64,000 bases of DNA, from positions 327,236,001-327,300,000 of the forward strand of contig OZ024742.1 in the NCBI GenBank assembly GCA_964016885.1, in the 5' to 3' direction. Positions 25,942 through 41,303 of the stretch are shown here, in pieces. The notes beneath the pieces are model-generated. The model was not told the origin of the DNA, did not search any database, and saw only the letters and a program-made list of their open reading frames with translations. The translations under genes and the position numbers were made by a program. Origin of the DNA: Eledone cirrhosa (Eukaryota). The stretch's first letter is position 1. Each line of letters starts with the position of its first letter.

Positions 25942-27639
25942 TCCCTGAAATAATACTAATATAGTGTTTCAGAATAGAGTCATATATGGACCCATATAGA
26001 AAATATATCCAGGCCACACTGTAACATGGTTGTGTGGGTATCACAACAAAAACCACCCAGCCCACACTGTAAAGTGGTCATATAGGTATCATGACAAAAA
26101 GCAGAGCCAACACTGTAAAGTGGTCATGTAGGAGTCACAACAAAAAAACACCCAGCCCACATGTAAAGTGCTCATGTAGGAGTCATGACAAAAAGCACCC
26201 AGCACACACTGTAAATGTGGTTGGCATTAGAAAGGGCATCTAGCCGTAGAAACTAAGCAAGAAACAGTTTTATATGAGCAAGGCATGGCCACCTGACCCA
26301 ACTTGCCTCAAATAGGACAACCTGTCTAACCCCTGCTAGAATGGAAAATAGACGCTAAAAGATGATGATGATGGTGATGTGATGATGATACAGTATGTTT
26401 AAGTACAATAAATGTACAGATGGTTTTATGGTGAGTATTTTAAGCTGTAATCATATTACAGCTACCTCAGTATCCAAGTAAAAATCTTGGAAACAATCTA
26501 ACGCCATACAAGTTTTAAAGCTTTAAGTAGATTTTTACAATTACATATGTCTCATGACAGCATTGTAAAATAATCCCTCCAGATATTTTAACACTTTATT
26601 TATGTAGAAGTTGGTAAAAATAATCAAAATATTGACCTTGAATATAAGTTAACTCCCATTTTAACATCGATTTTTTTTTGGTGACATATTTCTCATCATA
26701 TATACAGGTATATATGATAATTAATTAAACTTTATAATCATTAATGATTTCTCAGATTTGAGATGAAGGGAACAGTCGATTATATTGACCCCAGTACTTG
26801 ACTGATACTTTATTCTATCAATCCCAGGAGAATGAAAAAGTCAAAGTTGATCTCAATGAGATTCGAACTTAGAACACAACTAACTAAATATCACATTCTG
26901 CCAGTCCAATGATCAGGACGATAATGATGATAACATCAGGCTGGAAGCATCTGGCATTAAGGAGAGTAGGAATTTGTAATTTGAGTCATTCATATGTTTC
27001 CAAAGTGTTTTAAAAAAACATTTATTTTCTTAACAGATCTTTTTACTGGGAGTGTGAGGTATTTTCCTAATGATTTTAATTAAATATTTTTTTTCATTTA
27101 GATATCTCTCAACAAGATTAATTTACAGCATATATGCCAGCTGTTCTGATTCCATGGAAAGTACACAGCCTAGTGGTTAAAGTTTTAGATTCATGATTGC
27201 TAGGTAATTTGTTCAATCCCTATACAAGGCAGCCTGTTGTATCCTTGAGCAATACACTTTATTTTCTATTGTTCCAGTTCACTCAGCTTAAAATGAATAA
27301 AGAAAATAACTAGGGATCCAAGTTTGTACTGCCAACTGACCTATTCATATACATTACTTCAGGTCAAAGGAGCAACATGAAATATAATATTTTGCTCAAG
27401 AACACAACATATCAACTGGTCTAGGAATAAAACCCATAACCTTATGATTATGAGTGTAACATCCTAACCACTAGGCCATGCATCTAGAATTGTTGAATTT
27501 TCCAGTCAAGTCCAGTCATGTTGATAAAATATGAAAGTGGAAGGTGGTGCCCTAGCTAGAATACACTCCAATGTCTGATATCAGTAAAATTATATAAAGA
27601 TTATAAAAGTATGCATGTGTGTGTCTATGCATATATATA

Positions 27640-27678
<39 letters not shown>

Positions 27679-27999
27679 AGCATAGGATTATGCAGTTAGT
27701 GTTTGTAGACTGATATTGTACAGAAACATATGTTAAGGAACAAACTCTAAATAAATCTTTCTCTTCTAACCTTTACTTCTTACCTAGTCATTTGTTTTTT
27801 CTGGTACTATACCTTTACTATTATAATTACTCCGTGATTTTCTCCTTAGAGACTGTACCCTAAACTCTTTAATTGGACTGTTACCATACCTCCTGAAAGG
27901 AACACGTCAAGAAAAATACTTTGGTTAGCAATCTTCCATATCGATTTTTGTTTGAACATTTGATTCCAACAAACAATGTTTAACTTGATATATCTTTGT

Positions 28000-29660
28000 A
28001 TCATCATCATCATCATCATCACCGTTTTACGTCCGTTCTTCCACGCTAGCATGGGTTAGACGGGTTGTCCTGTTGTGGGCAGTGTCTGGTCGGCTGACCA
28101 TGCCTTGCTCATACAGGAACTGATCTGGCTTGATTTCTACAGCTGGATGCCCTTCCTAACACCAACCTCATTTACAGTGAGTGCTGGGTGCTTTTTCGTG
28201 GCGCCTACACGTCCACTTTACAGTGTGGGCTGGGTGCTTTTTTGCCGTGGCACCTCCACGGCCACCTTGCGGTGGGGGGGGGGGCATATTGTTTATATGC
28301 TTCAGCATGTACCCATGGGAGGTCGGGTACCCTGTATTACTGCGTGACGCCAGAAGTCACGGTCGTGTGTCATTGACTTTGAGAGGTGTAGTTGGGTAAG
28401 GTCGGCTTTTATCACCTCATCCCAAGTCATCTTGGGTCTCCCCACTCCGCGGTTTCCATCAACTTCTAGTGCTCTGCACCTTTTTATGCAGCTGTCATCC
28501 TTCATACGCATCACATGTCCATACCAGCGTAACCGCCTCTCCTGCACGCAGCATTTGATTCCTCTTATGCGCAGTCTCTCTCTCAATTCCTTTATGCTTT
28601 GTCGTTCACGTATATTACTGTTACACATCCATCGGAGCATGCAGGCTTCGTTTCTCTCTAATCTACGTAAGTCTTCCACCTTCAGCGCCCAGGTCTCACT
28701 ACCATGCAACATCGCTGTTCGGATACACGCATCATACAGTCTGCCTTTCATTCTGAGGGAGAAGCCTTTTGCAGCTAGCAGTGGTAGTAGTTCCCTAAAC
28801 TTCTTCCATCCCGTTCTTACCCTAGTTATTGTACTTTCTGAGCACCCACCTCCGTTGCTAATTCGGTCACCTAGGTAGCAGAAGCTGTCTACTGTTTCTA
28901 CAGGGCCCTCCCAGAGATTGGTGGTACTTGTTTCCTGTGGCTGTTTGCTTGCTGTTTCAGCACAGCTGCTGCATGTGAATCCTACATTCTTAATTAAGCT
29001 TCCTGAGATCCCGCTACATCTCTTGTGTACCCATTGTTTGCATTTGGGGCAGAGAATGGAGTTCCTACCTACACCTTTCCTACATACTGAGCAAGGCCAT
29101 TTCCCTGAGGGGATCTGGGTTCTGTTTTCTCGTCTACTTACAAGGACCTTAGTCTTTGTCATGTTGACTTTGAGGCCCTTTCTCTCTAGTCCCTGCTTCC
29201 AGGTTTGGAATTTATTCTCTAGTTCTACCATAGATTCAGCTATGAGTGCGAGGTCATCAGCATACAGGAGTTCCCATGGGCATCCGGTCTTAAACTCCTC
29301 CGTTATTGCCTGCAGGACTATGATGAACAGGAGAGGGCTAAGAACAGAGCCCTGGTGGACCCCAACCTGTACGCTAAATTCCTCGCTATACTCATTGCCA
29401 ATCCTAACTTTGCTGACTGCTCCCCTATACATGGCTTGTACCGCTTTCACAAGCCATTCATCTACTCCTAGTTTTCTAAGAGCCCACCAGATTACTGCAC
29501 GTGGAACTCTGTCAAAGGCTTTCTCAAGGTCGACAAATGCCAAGTAGAGTGGCTTACTTTTAGCTAGGTACTTTTCCTGTAATTGCCTCACAAGGAAGAG
29601 GGCATCAGTGGTGCCTTTCCCTGGTACAAACCCAAATTGCATCTCGTCTATATTCACCCA
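28000..29660 (-). mobile_element. Young 5'-truncated RTE LINE (family A) with uninterrupted 451-aa RT/C-terminal frame
   Basis: ORF 28302-29657 has DLEKAFDRVP, QGSVLSPLLF, YADD, a C4HC3 finger and RLRWYGHVMR. (CAT)n tail at 28000, (TA)n at the truncated 5' end. Closely similar to the 5548-7634 copy. Confidence 0.96.
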
Positions 29661-29819
29661 TATATATATACATATGTGTGTATGTCATGTGTACCTTGTT
29701 CAGAATAGGTACACTATATACTTGTGTGTTGTAAGAAGCAACTAAAAGCATTGGTATTAGAAACAGCATCCAATTGTTAAATACTGCTGGATAAACCAGG
29801 GTGAAGAGATAGGGAAAAT

Positions 29820-29960
29820 AATAAAATTTATCTCTCTTCTCTTAATATTAGAGGACCAGGGTTGGATAAAGATAATGTTCGGAAATCCATCTGAAGAAGT
29901 TGGATAAATACTATGGAACCAGCACACATCAAAACATTTGTAATGGAAAATTTCTGAATA
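29820..29960 (+). mobile_element. Possible decayed hAT (ZNF862-like) transposase C-terminus
   Basis: FISLLLILE then, after a frameshift, GPGLDKDNVRKSI*RSW weakly resembles L..I..eGP.l..f....ai..W. Confidence 0.25.
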
Positions 29961-30599
29961 AATTGTTGTAAAAAACCCATTTTGCATACTTAATTCTTTG
30001 TGCGTGTGTATGTATATGTGCAGTGACAGTAATTTGGTCATCAAACAAAAATACGTTGTATTGTTTATTTGGTGGATAAATCAGTGGATAGTGATGAATA
30101 AAATTATATACTGAGTAGAAATAATCAACTAGAAAATCTCTGATGGTGGTGCCCTAGCATGGCCACATTTCAATTCATATAATAAGATAAATTTGGGATT
30201 GAAGTGTAGAAAATGGATGGATCTGATTGGTTAAAATTACATGAAAATTGAGTAAACAGAATAAGGCCAGAAAGAAAAGGAGACACAGAGAAGAACAATA
30301 AATAGTCATTGAAGAGGTTTCAGAATGTGTGACAAAAGCTTTGACAAAATAGCCAATAACAAATAATAATAAAGGGTGCATGTGTTTTATTGGCAAAATG
30401 ACCATCCCCAAATATAACTTAAGAATTATTTTCTCCAAAAGATGGTTAAAATTTCTTTAATTAGCATGCAAAACTACATCTGTGTAAAAATTTATTTTAA
30501 AAAATCAGATATTGTACATTAAACACAAAAGATCCCAAATTTGTTATTGAAGCAAAGAGGTGATGATATTTCATAATCAGCAGCTCTTCATCCTACAAA

Positions 30600-33125
30600 T
30601 GATATTGGGGGAAATTGATTAAATGAACCACAGTGTGTTACTGGTATTTATTTTATTGAAAGGCAAAGCTAACCTCAACAGGATTTGAACTCAGAATGTA
30701 AAGGGCCGTAACTCTGTTGAAAAGTATGTTGTCTAATATTCTAACAATTACTGCCAAATCCATTGCCCTCAAATAGTAATAATTGTTTCTACGTTAGGCA
30801 CAAGGCCAGCAATAACCCAGTGCATTACTGGTACTTTACTTTATCGACCCCGTAAGGATGAAAGGCAAAGTGAACCTCGGCGAGAATGGACTCAGACCGT
30901 AAAGGGCCATAACTCTATACTGCAAAGCATGGTGTCCGAAACTCTGCCGATACTGCCAATCAACCGCCAAATAATAATTGTTTCTACGTTAGGCACAAGA
31001 CCAGCAATAACCCAGTGTATTACTGGTACTTTATTTTATCGACCCCGTAGGATGAAAGGCAAAGTTAACCTCGGGCGGGATTTGAACTCAGAATGGCAAG
31101 AGCCGTAACTCTATGCGTCAAATGTTTCTACTGTTTTGGCACAAGTCCAGCAATTTGAAGGGAGAAAAAAGTTGATTAAATTGACCCCAGTGCATTACTG
31201 ATACTTTATTTTATTGACACAGGCAGGATGAAAAGCAAGGGTAACCTCAACGGGATTTAAACTGAGGACATAGAGGGCAGTAACTATATACCACAAAGTA
31301 TGTTCTCTGAAACTCTGCTGATACTACCAATCCACTGTCCTATTGCTGCAGATAATAATGATTATTACTACATAGAAACTATATAACAACTGTAGTTCAA
31401 TGACATCAGTCTTCCTCATACCAGTGATTGATGTGGTTGCTTTACTGGGAGGTAGGGGCATAGTTGGAAGAACATACATAGTTTAGTTCTTCTTTAGCAG
31501 TATAGTAGGATGTCTGAGATCAAGTATAGGTGTATGGTTTATATTTGGCTTGGGTTCAAGGTGTGTTTAATTTAATCTGAATGTATTTAATTTCAAGTGA
31601 GAGCAATCAACAGTCTTAGTTGTTTATATATATGCATATATATAATGATGATGATGATGAATGATGATATATATGTATATGTATGTACAATTATTAAAGT
31701 GATTGTGCTGGTACTATAATAAAATACACCCAGTACATTCTGTAAAGTAGTTGGTGTTAGAAAAGGTACCCAGCCACAGAAACAATATCAGATGTAGAAC
31801 TTATGAGCAAGATGAGCTCCCTCCAACTCATCTAGTCTTGGACTTTGGCAACCCATCCAATGGATGTCAGTATGGTAAGCAAACATATAAGGATAATAAT
31901 TGTTTCTACTTTTGGCACCAGGCCAGCAATTACCCAGTACATTACTGGTACTTTATTTTATTGACCCCGTAAGGATGGAAGGCAAAGTTAACCTCGGCGG
32001 GATTTGAACTCAGAATGGCAAGGACCGTAACTCTATGCATCAAAGCATGGCATCCGACCCTCTACCGATACTGCCAATCCACCGCCCTATGAGGATAATA
32101 ATGATGATGTCTATGTATACTTATGTATGCAAATATATATGTAGTTACACACACACACACACATATATATGTACAGGGCTGGGCTGTAAAGAAATATCAA
32201 TCTATGGATGCAGTTATAAATATTTCAAAAAATTACAACCAAATATTACCTTTAATTATTAGTATGACATAACGATTATATGTCAACATGATCTCTTAAG
32301 CTTCAGCAAAATGTATGCAATTACATCATTTGGCAAGAACAAATTCTTGTTATGAAAAAAATTCAAGATACTAATTTTTTTTTTAGAATTTCCAGCTACC
32401 ATATATGGAAAATAGTATTAATAGAGGTAATGTGATTAAACATAAAGATGCTGAAGGTATTAAATAGGGGTAATAATAATAATTGTTTCTACTTTTGGCA
32501 CAAGGCCAGCAATTATCTCAATGCATTACTGGTGCTTTATTTTATCGACCCCTTAAGGATGAAAGGCAAAGTTAACCTCGGCGGGATTTGAACTCAGATC
32601 GTAAAAGGGCGTAACTCTATGCTGCAAAGCATGGTGTCCGGCCCTCTACCAATTCTGCCAATCCACCGCCTTAAATAAAAAAAAAAAAAAAATAATAATA
32701 ATGGTTTCTACTTTAGGCACAAGGACAGAAATTTTGGGGCAGAAAAAATGTCGATTAAATCAACCCCCAGTGCATTACTGGTACTTTTTTTTATTGACCC
32801 CATAAGGATGAAAGACAAAGCTAACCAATACAGGATTTGAACTCAGAACATAAAGAGCCATAACTCTATGCCGTGAAGCATGTTTCTGGTGCTCTACTGA
32901 CACTGCCAATAATAATAAATAATAACAATAATAGTAACAAGGCCAAACATTTTGGGGGAGGGGAAAGTTGATTAAATCGACCCCAGTGCATTACTGGTAC
33001 TTTATTTTATCGATCCTGTAAGGATGAACGGCAAAGTTAACCTCAACGGGATTTAAACTTAGAATGTAAAGGGCCGTAATTATATGCTTGCAAAACATGG
33101 TGTCTGATGCTCTACCAATACTGCT
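30600..33125 (-). mobile_element. Cluster of about 8 same-orientation copies of the (ATT)n-tailed SINE
   Basis: Repeated AATTGTTTCTAC.TT.GGCACAAGGCCAGCAA...GGATGAAAGGCAAAGTTAACCTCGGCGGGATTTGAACTCAG near 30610, 30780, 30975, 31130, 31895, 32475, 32700 and 32935. Confidence 0.88.
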
Positions 33126-33913
33126 ATAAGTAAGTTAAGTATTTTCAGAGTAAGGACTGAAGGTAGGCTAATCGTTACATAAGTATGTACTTACAAGTGT
33201 AGAAACTTGATATTTCTCAGTTTCAGATCTTGCTTTAAGGTTAAAGCTGAAATTGTTTGATTAAACTTTTAATCTGTGCCAATAATAAATTATTTACTCT
33301 ATGGGTTTATATATACTTAAATATACAACGTTTTTCAAGTCCTCTCTGGATTTTGGTATTTATTTTCACTACCATATAACTTATGTATATCTAAAGTGAC
33401 AACGTAAGGCCATACTGGGAGATATGTTGTAAAATTTAATTCCATGAAATCACTATACATATTTCAATGGCCCAGCTCCATCATCCACTTATGATGCAAG
33501 ACAGGTCTGTCTCATCAGGTAACTTCTACAGAATTACAAAAAACAGGGTTGCATAGAACCCATACTCATTGTAGAGGAAGAGGGACTCTAACCCATGCTA
33601 GCATGGAAGAATGGACGTAAAATGGTGATGATGATGATATCTATCTATCTATATCATCATCATCATAATCATCATTTTACGTCTGCTTTTCCCTGCTTGC
33701 AAGGGTGGCATGGGAACTGTATATGTAAAGCAAGATGGATTTAGTAAAAAACTGGTTACACCATTATTCACCAGACTACTTTATAAGTGGGATAGTAGAG
33801 TTTGGTTATATGAATGAGTCAGTATCTCGATGGCTGAGCTCTTGCCGTTTCAACAGACAGACTGAGTCTGGAACTATCTATTGAAAAGGTAAGAGTTCAG
33901 CTGTCGAGGTCCA

Positions 33914-34032
<119 letters not shown>

Positions 34033-34297
34033 TACATATATATGTTCGTGTGTGTGTGAGTATGTATGTTTGTGTATAAATGTGTAAATGTATATATGTA
34101 TATAAATGTGTACGTATATTGCTCAAAATCCATCTGGAATACATTTATAAGCAGAACTTACAAATCAGCTTTATATAGACTAATTGAATTAAGAACAATT
34201 CAACAGATATACGTTAAATTATGTATATACTATATGGTAGAATGTATGTTTATTTTAACGTATTTGCTTGGAGTGGTTTTTATTCAGTTAGTCTATG

Positions 34298-34334
<37 letters not shown>

Positions 34335-34357
34335 GCACACACACCTACATATATACA

Positions 34358-34427
<70 letters not shown>

Positions 34428-34439
34428 ATGGTGCTGAGA

Positions 34440-35110
34440 CCAGGGAGACATCTAATCATGGAAGTACTCAATACATGGGGAGATGCAGAGTGGGTATAGA
34501 GATAGGTAAAATCCTGACTGCTACAAGCTGAACCCACTAGCTGAAACCTTTTGGCACCATGGTCAGGACTGCTGCTGTCTTCCAAACTGCACTTTTGGAA
34601 TGTTTTTTGTGCTTACGTAATACTGATGTCCATATTGAGTTCAGGATGCTTGAAGTATAGTGTTCACATCTCAAGAGTCGTAAAATTCAAGCCAGTTTGG
34701 GCGTTGTAGCTTGGTGCAGTAAGAATTCTAGTCTGCATTATTCCAGTCAAAGTGAGCAGTTTGGAGATGGTTGTGGTTTTTGTTACTACCCATAAGAGAC
34801 AGATTGGCAATGATCATAGCATGATCAGAGTCACCTAAAGATTCCTCAGTAGTAACACTAATAACCATTTCAGGAGTAGTGGTAAAGAGTAGATCCAGAG
34901 TGTTGTCACCTCTTGTTGGAGAGGTGACAACTTGGAACCAGTTCGAGTCCAGTACTAGCTCAAGGAAATCATTTGCATTTTGCAGCCAATGAAAGGTTTC
35001 CCCAATCAATCTGAGGGTGATTGAAGTCGCCTGCAATAAAAACATAAGTGGCTGTTTTCCTGGCAACAGCTCTGAGGATATCACAGAGCTGTGTGTCCTG
35101 ATGGTAATCT
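34440..35110 (-). mobile_element. CR1/L2-clade LINE AP-endonuclease relic
   Basis: FQVVTSPTRGDNTLDLLFTT...LGDSDHAMI, with a GDFN-like motif upstream. Confidence 0.85.
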
Positions 35111-35910
35111 GGGAGTGGGGTGATAAATATGTATATTATACATATACATATGTATAATAGGTGTGCTGAAACATTCTCAGCTTAACTCATTTCCGAAACA
35201 CTAAGTGTACTTTTATCTCGGTAAGTAGAGAGATCATTTTGTTATGTTATAAACTGCCAACCTGCTGTTATTTAATACTACTTGTTTTAACCCTTTCATC
35301 TCCAACCTGGCTAAAACAAGCTCTGTTTCTATGTAATAAAACCACCCATTTGACAGGTTTCCAATTTAAATAAAAATCTTCCAATATAATTTTATATAAG
35401 AACCTTACATTAAGTTACTAATTAGCAATGAAACAATTAATAATTTTAGTAAATCCATCAAAATTCTTCATTAATTAATTAAAATAGAGTGTATTTTATT
35501 ATTAACATTATTGACAAGCGGCTGAAATGGGGTTCCTCCAAAGGTTCTTTGGAGTAACATTACTTGATAGAGTATGTAGCTCAGAGATAGGAGAGTCACT
35601 CCAGATAAATCCACTACTCTCCATTGAGAGATCACAGCTCTGATGCTATAGATATGTTGTTAGAATGTCTCAGGAAGAATCTGGATAAATTTTATGGGTT
35701 TGGCAGTGGGGTAGTGGTGAAAGTGGTGGTGGTATGTTACCCAAATTTGGGTGGGAGTGGAGATAATAAGGGAGGAAGAAGGGTGGAAAGAGAAGGAGGA
35801 AGTATGAACAAAGAAAAGAAAGAGAATATTATGTTCCTGTGGTGAAGATTCATTTAAACATTAATGTTTTTCTAGACCTGATAAAAAACACAGTTGTTTT
35901 AATAAGTAGG

Positions 35911-35962
<52 letters not shown>

Positions 35963-38509
35963 AATAAGTCCTATGTATGATACTACAATAAGTCCTATGT
36001 ATGATGATTTAACCAACAGACCAACATATACATCTACACCCCTGCATTGACTATAGACATCTTGGTGTAATTGGTGCCAGACACTGAACCACTCCTAAAT
36101 GAAATGGTTCTCAGAACAGCAAACCACAGAGAAATATGAAACTGTTGTTACTTCTTCTAAAGACTTCTTATCACACTTCATCATCATCATCACCACCATC
36201 ATCACCATCACCACCACCATCACCACCACCGATATTATCACCATCACCATCATCATCATCATCATCATTTACTGTCTATTTTCCCTGCTAGCAAGAGTTG
36301 GTTAAGGAATAATCAAATGATACATTCAAAGACCAATGTGAAGTAGATTTCCATACCAACAGTGCTTTAGCATGGGTCAGAAGATCCTAATAATCTGGCA
36401 AAGGTTTGTATGGAAGGCAAAGGTTTATATGGATCTGTTGAGTTGTTTTAATTGAATGAACAATCTCTCCTGAGTAAATTGAAGCCAACTATCGTAAAAT
36501 ATATATAGTGATGGGAAAATTGGAAATGTCTAAAGTCTAAAGTCTGTCTGAAGCTTGGAAGCTTATCAAGCCAGTACTTATCCTGGTTTCCATGGGGTTA
36601 AGTGACTGAGAGCCCAAAACTTTCCCTTGGACAGGATACAAGTCTATTGCAGGGTTAAACCCACAGCTATAGCTGGTACTTATTTTCAGTTGAGTATATT
36701 AGAGCAATGTGAAATGAAGTGTTTTTCTCAAGAGCACAACACTCAACCCAGTTCAGGAATCAAACACATGCTATAATAATTGTTCATCCTGCACCCTAAC
36801 CACTAGGCCTGGCTGTCTGGAAATCAGTAAGATTGCTTTGTGTTATTTATTCCAGATTTCTTAACCATTCATTCACCCTGTGTCCACTACAGGTAAGTAT
36901 TAAGTATAAATAATTGTTTCTACTTTAGGCACAAGGCCAGCAATTTGAAGGGGAGGGGTAAGTCCTCCGTCATATCCATACCAACACAATCTATCTCCTC
37001 TCCTGCACACTGCATCTGATCCCTCTTATGCCTAGTTTCTCTTTCAGTTCATTTATACTTTGCCATTCATGTATATTACTATTATGTGTGTGTATATGTG
37101 TGTGTGTGAGCATGTGTATGTGTGTGTGTGTTGGATCTCCATCAGTTCTGACGTTGAGTATTCCAGTTTATTTGATCAAGAAATCAACATGTAAGTAGCT
37201 GAGCATGCCACAGACACGTGTACTCTCATCATAATTCTCAGGAGGGATTCAGTGTAACACATTTTTTCCCAACTAAGTTGTGAATTATAAAGTAGGAGAA
37301 TTGATTTCATAGAAAATATTCACAAAGTAGAATAGATTCTGTGAGCAAGATTATATCAATATTTAGTATTGAGAAGAAAAACACGTTTACTAAACTTTGT
37401 TTAAATCAATAATAATATAAAAACTGTTTGTTTCACTATCAATAAAGAATTGATTTAGCTATTTATCTATAAAAGGTTGGAGCTTTAATAGCTTTGTTTT
37501 ATTCTATGTTTGAGATATAAATTAGCAATAACACAATGGGATTTGAAATAAAGGTATACATGGGGCGATGCATTTGTTTTTGCAAGGTTTTTGATATGAA
37601 ATCATGTGTTGAAACAGATATTTTTATATTTAGGCAGGGTCATGTTATTCTAATATTTTTCTGGCAATATTAGAACAACATGACCTTCGCCAAATATAAC
37701 GGTATATATGGGTATATATACAATATGTTTATGTATAATAAACATTCATCCCTGTATTTTATGTATAATAAACATTCATCCCTGTATTTTAACCTATTCA
37801 CTGCCGTGTATATTTTACACAGCTAGAGTTGCTGTGCCGGTTTAAAAAAAAATAAAATGACTATTTTTTTAAACAAACATTTATTAACAGTATACATCTG
37901 AATATTTGAGAAATGCCACATCAATAAACTAGTAACCCCATCTAGCTTTGAAGTTATGAACTGTTGGAAATGAGTTCATAACTTTGAAAATATGAACTGT
38001 TGGAAAAGAATTCAAACATGTTAGGTCAAGTTATCTTGTCTGTGGCATTGGAATGCATACATGTTAGAACGAGTTATCCTTGTCTATGGCACTGAAGAAT
38101 TTAAGCTGTGATCCTATCATGGCTAACTTATTTAATGATATAAAAGCACTGTGTATATATATTTCAGGATTATTATCAATCTTCAGTAGATGCTTACTTA
38201 CTCTGTGGTGCTGAGTAATAATGCATGTCATGGACCTGTAACTCCAGAGGGAATTGTAAGTGTGCTATATTGGCATATGGCATTTCTTAGGGCATTTTTT
38301 AAAACCTGGCAGAACCCATCTCCTCTCTAGCTCTGAATACAGCAGATTTCTTCCCAAGAAGGATAGAGAGGGAGAAAATGGAAGCGAGAAAGAGATATAG
38401 AGGAAGAATTGACTCCAGTACTTAACTGGTACTTTTTTATTGACCTCAAATGGATGAAAAGCAAAGTTGACTTCAGCAAGATTTAATATAATAATATCAG
38501 ATTTGATTT

Positions 38510-38942
38510 AATAATAATAATAATAATAATTGTTTCTACTTTAGGCTCAAGGCCAGCAATTTGAAGGGGAGGGAGAAGTCAATTAAATCGACGTCAGTAC
38601 TCATTGGGGCTTCATTTTATCGACCCCGTAAGGATGAAGGGCAAAGCTAACCTCTGCAAGATTTTAACTCAGAAAGTAAGGGCCGTAACTCTAAGCTGTG
38701 AAGCATGTTGTCTGACCCTCTACCGATAATACTGATAATAATGGTTTCTTATATAGGCACAAGGCCATCCATTTTGGGGGAGGGGAAAGTTGATTAAATC
38801 AACTCCAGTGCATGACTGGTACTTTATTTTATCAACCCCGTAAGGATGAAAGGCAAAGTTAACCTCGGCTGAATTTGAACTCAGATCATAAAGGGTCGTA
38901 ACTCTATGCTGCAAAGAATGGCGTCCGACCCTCTACCAATAC
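38510..38942 (-). mobile_element. Tandem pair of the (ATT)n-tailed SINE
   Basis: Two consecutive consensus matches. More copies at 41572-41725 (+) and 42065-42535 (-). Confidence 0.85.
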
Positions 38943-38943
38943 G

Positions 38944-39205
38944 GCCTGCTTACTCATTGACATGACTGTACTGTCTGATAGAAATAGATCTACAGAAGAG
39001 TATGAGAAACATAGAAATTGAGATAAACAGAATGTGGCACCTTAAAACAGAAACTATTCCGGTAGTGATTAGAGCTTTAGGTGTCATAAAGAAAGGTATT
39101 CAAAAGTTTCTAGAAAACATACCTGGTAAACCTAGTATCTATGAAATCCAAAAGATAATCCTAACAAATACCGCCCACATAATTCATAAATTTTTGTCTT
39201 TGTAA
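38944..39205 (+). mobile_element. R4/Dong-like non-LTR retrotransposon C-terminal (RLE) relic
   Basis: CLLIDMTV.SDRN then EIEINRMWHLKTETIPVVIRALG...EIQKIILTNTAHII. Confidence 0.8.
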
Positions 39206-39571
39206 TATATGTCAACAAACAATCTTTTCTGTTTAATTTTTAGAGTAAATCTAATTGGTATTTTTATATTTGGGGAGGGTCATATTGTTATGATATTGGT
39301 AGAAATAATAATAAAATACAGTTTCGTTTGGATTTGTTTTCACTTCTGTATCTTTTATATCTCTATAATTTATCTGGCAATCAATTGGTATTTAATACTA
39401 TACAAATATCCATAATGCAAAATTAATTCATATCTTTTATATTCCTTAATACTTCTTTTTATCTCTTCCTACTCTTATCTTTTTGTATTTATTTTCTCAA
39501 TGTTTGTTCTTTTTTAAACTTATTTACCTATCAACTTTCGTGGTGCGACTTGTAAAATGAATGTGAGGTGG

Positions 39572-40488
<917 letters not shown>

Positions 40489-41070
40489 TGTTTAACGTCC
40501 ATTTTCCATGCTAGAATGTGTTGGACAAGTTGTACCATTTTGAGACAAGCTAGATCAGATGACCATGTCTTGTTCATTCAGAACTGGTTTTGGCTTGGTT
40601 TCTATGGTTGGATGCTCTTCCTAATGCCGATCACATTTACAGTGTGTACTGGGGATTTGGATGGAGAAGGTGCATGGGAATTGGGGAGGCAGATCTAGGG
40701 ATGTGAGTGAGGGTAAGGTTGTTAGGACATGGGAGGTGTATGGAGAGGGATGGAAGGGAAGGTCGTGCATACTAGATGTATACTAATGTATCATACTAAT
40801 TCTCTATGACTTGATATTGGTATTTACAACATAACAGCCAATGAAGGTACAAGCAGACTTTATCATGGCAGCACTTGTTTGTATTCTTTTTGCACATTGC
40901 TCTCTCATCCAGTGACCAAGTGGGTTACATTTTCTACATTTTTTTTACAGAGTCTGCATTTCTAGGTGTTAGATGTTTTGTAGTTGTTATACTTCACCAA
41001 ATTGGTAGCAAGAACTTGGTCTTGTACTGAAATTATAAGACTTTCAATGGTACACTTCAAATTGCCTTGC

Positions 41071-41303
41071 TTAACCCTTTAGCATTTACATTACTCTATA
41101 TTTACTATTACATTTTCACAGTAAAAGCTTTATCTCACATAATTATCTCACACAATATCGATCGAATCTATGAGATGTTGATATTATTTATTTTGAGAAC
41201 AATACCTTAATATTAGTATGAGTGGCCAGTTATGGCCGGTTTGAACAAAAAGAGGTGAGAGAATTCTGGATGGATACGGCCGGTTTAAATGCTAAAGGGT
41301 TAA
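41071..41303. mobile_element. TTAA-flanked piggyBac-like MITE
   Basis: TTAA-CCCTTTAGCATTTA ... TAAATGCTAAAGGG-TTAA. Related copies at 11866-12096 and 43607-43791. Confidence 0.8.

Noticed and set aside
28432-29547. Plus-strand 148- and 209-aa ORFs
   Set aside because: Antisense shadows of the RTE reverse transcriptase frame.
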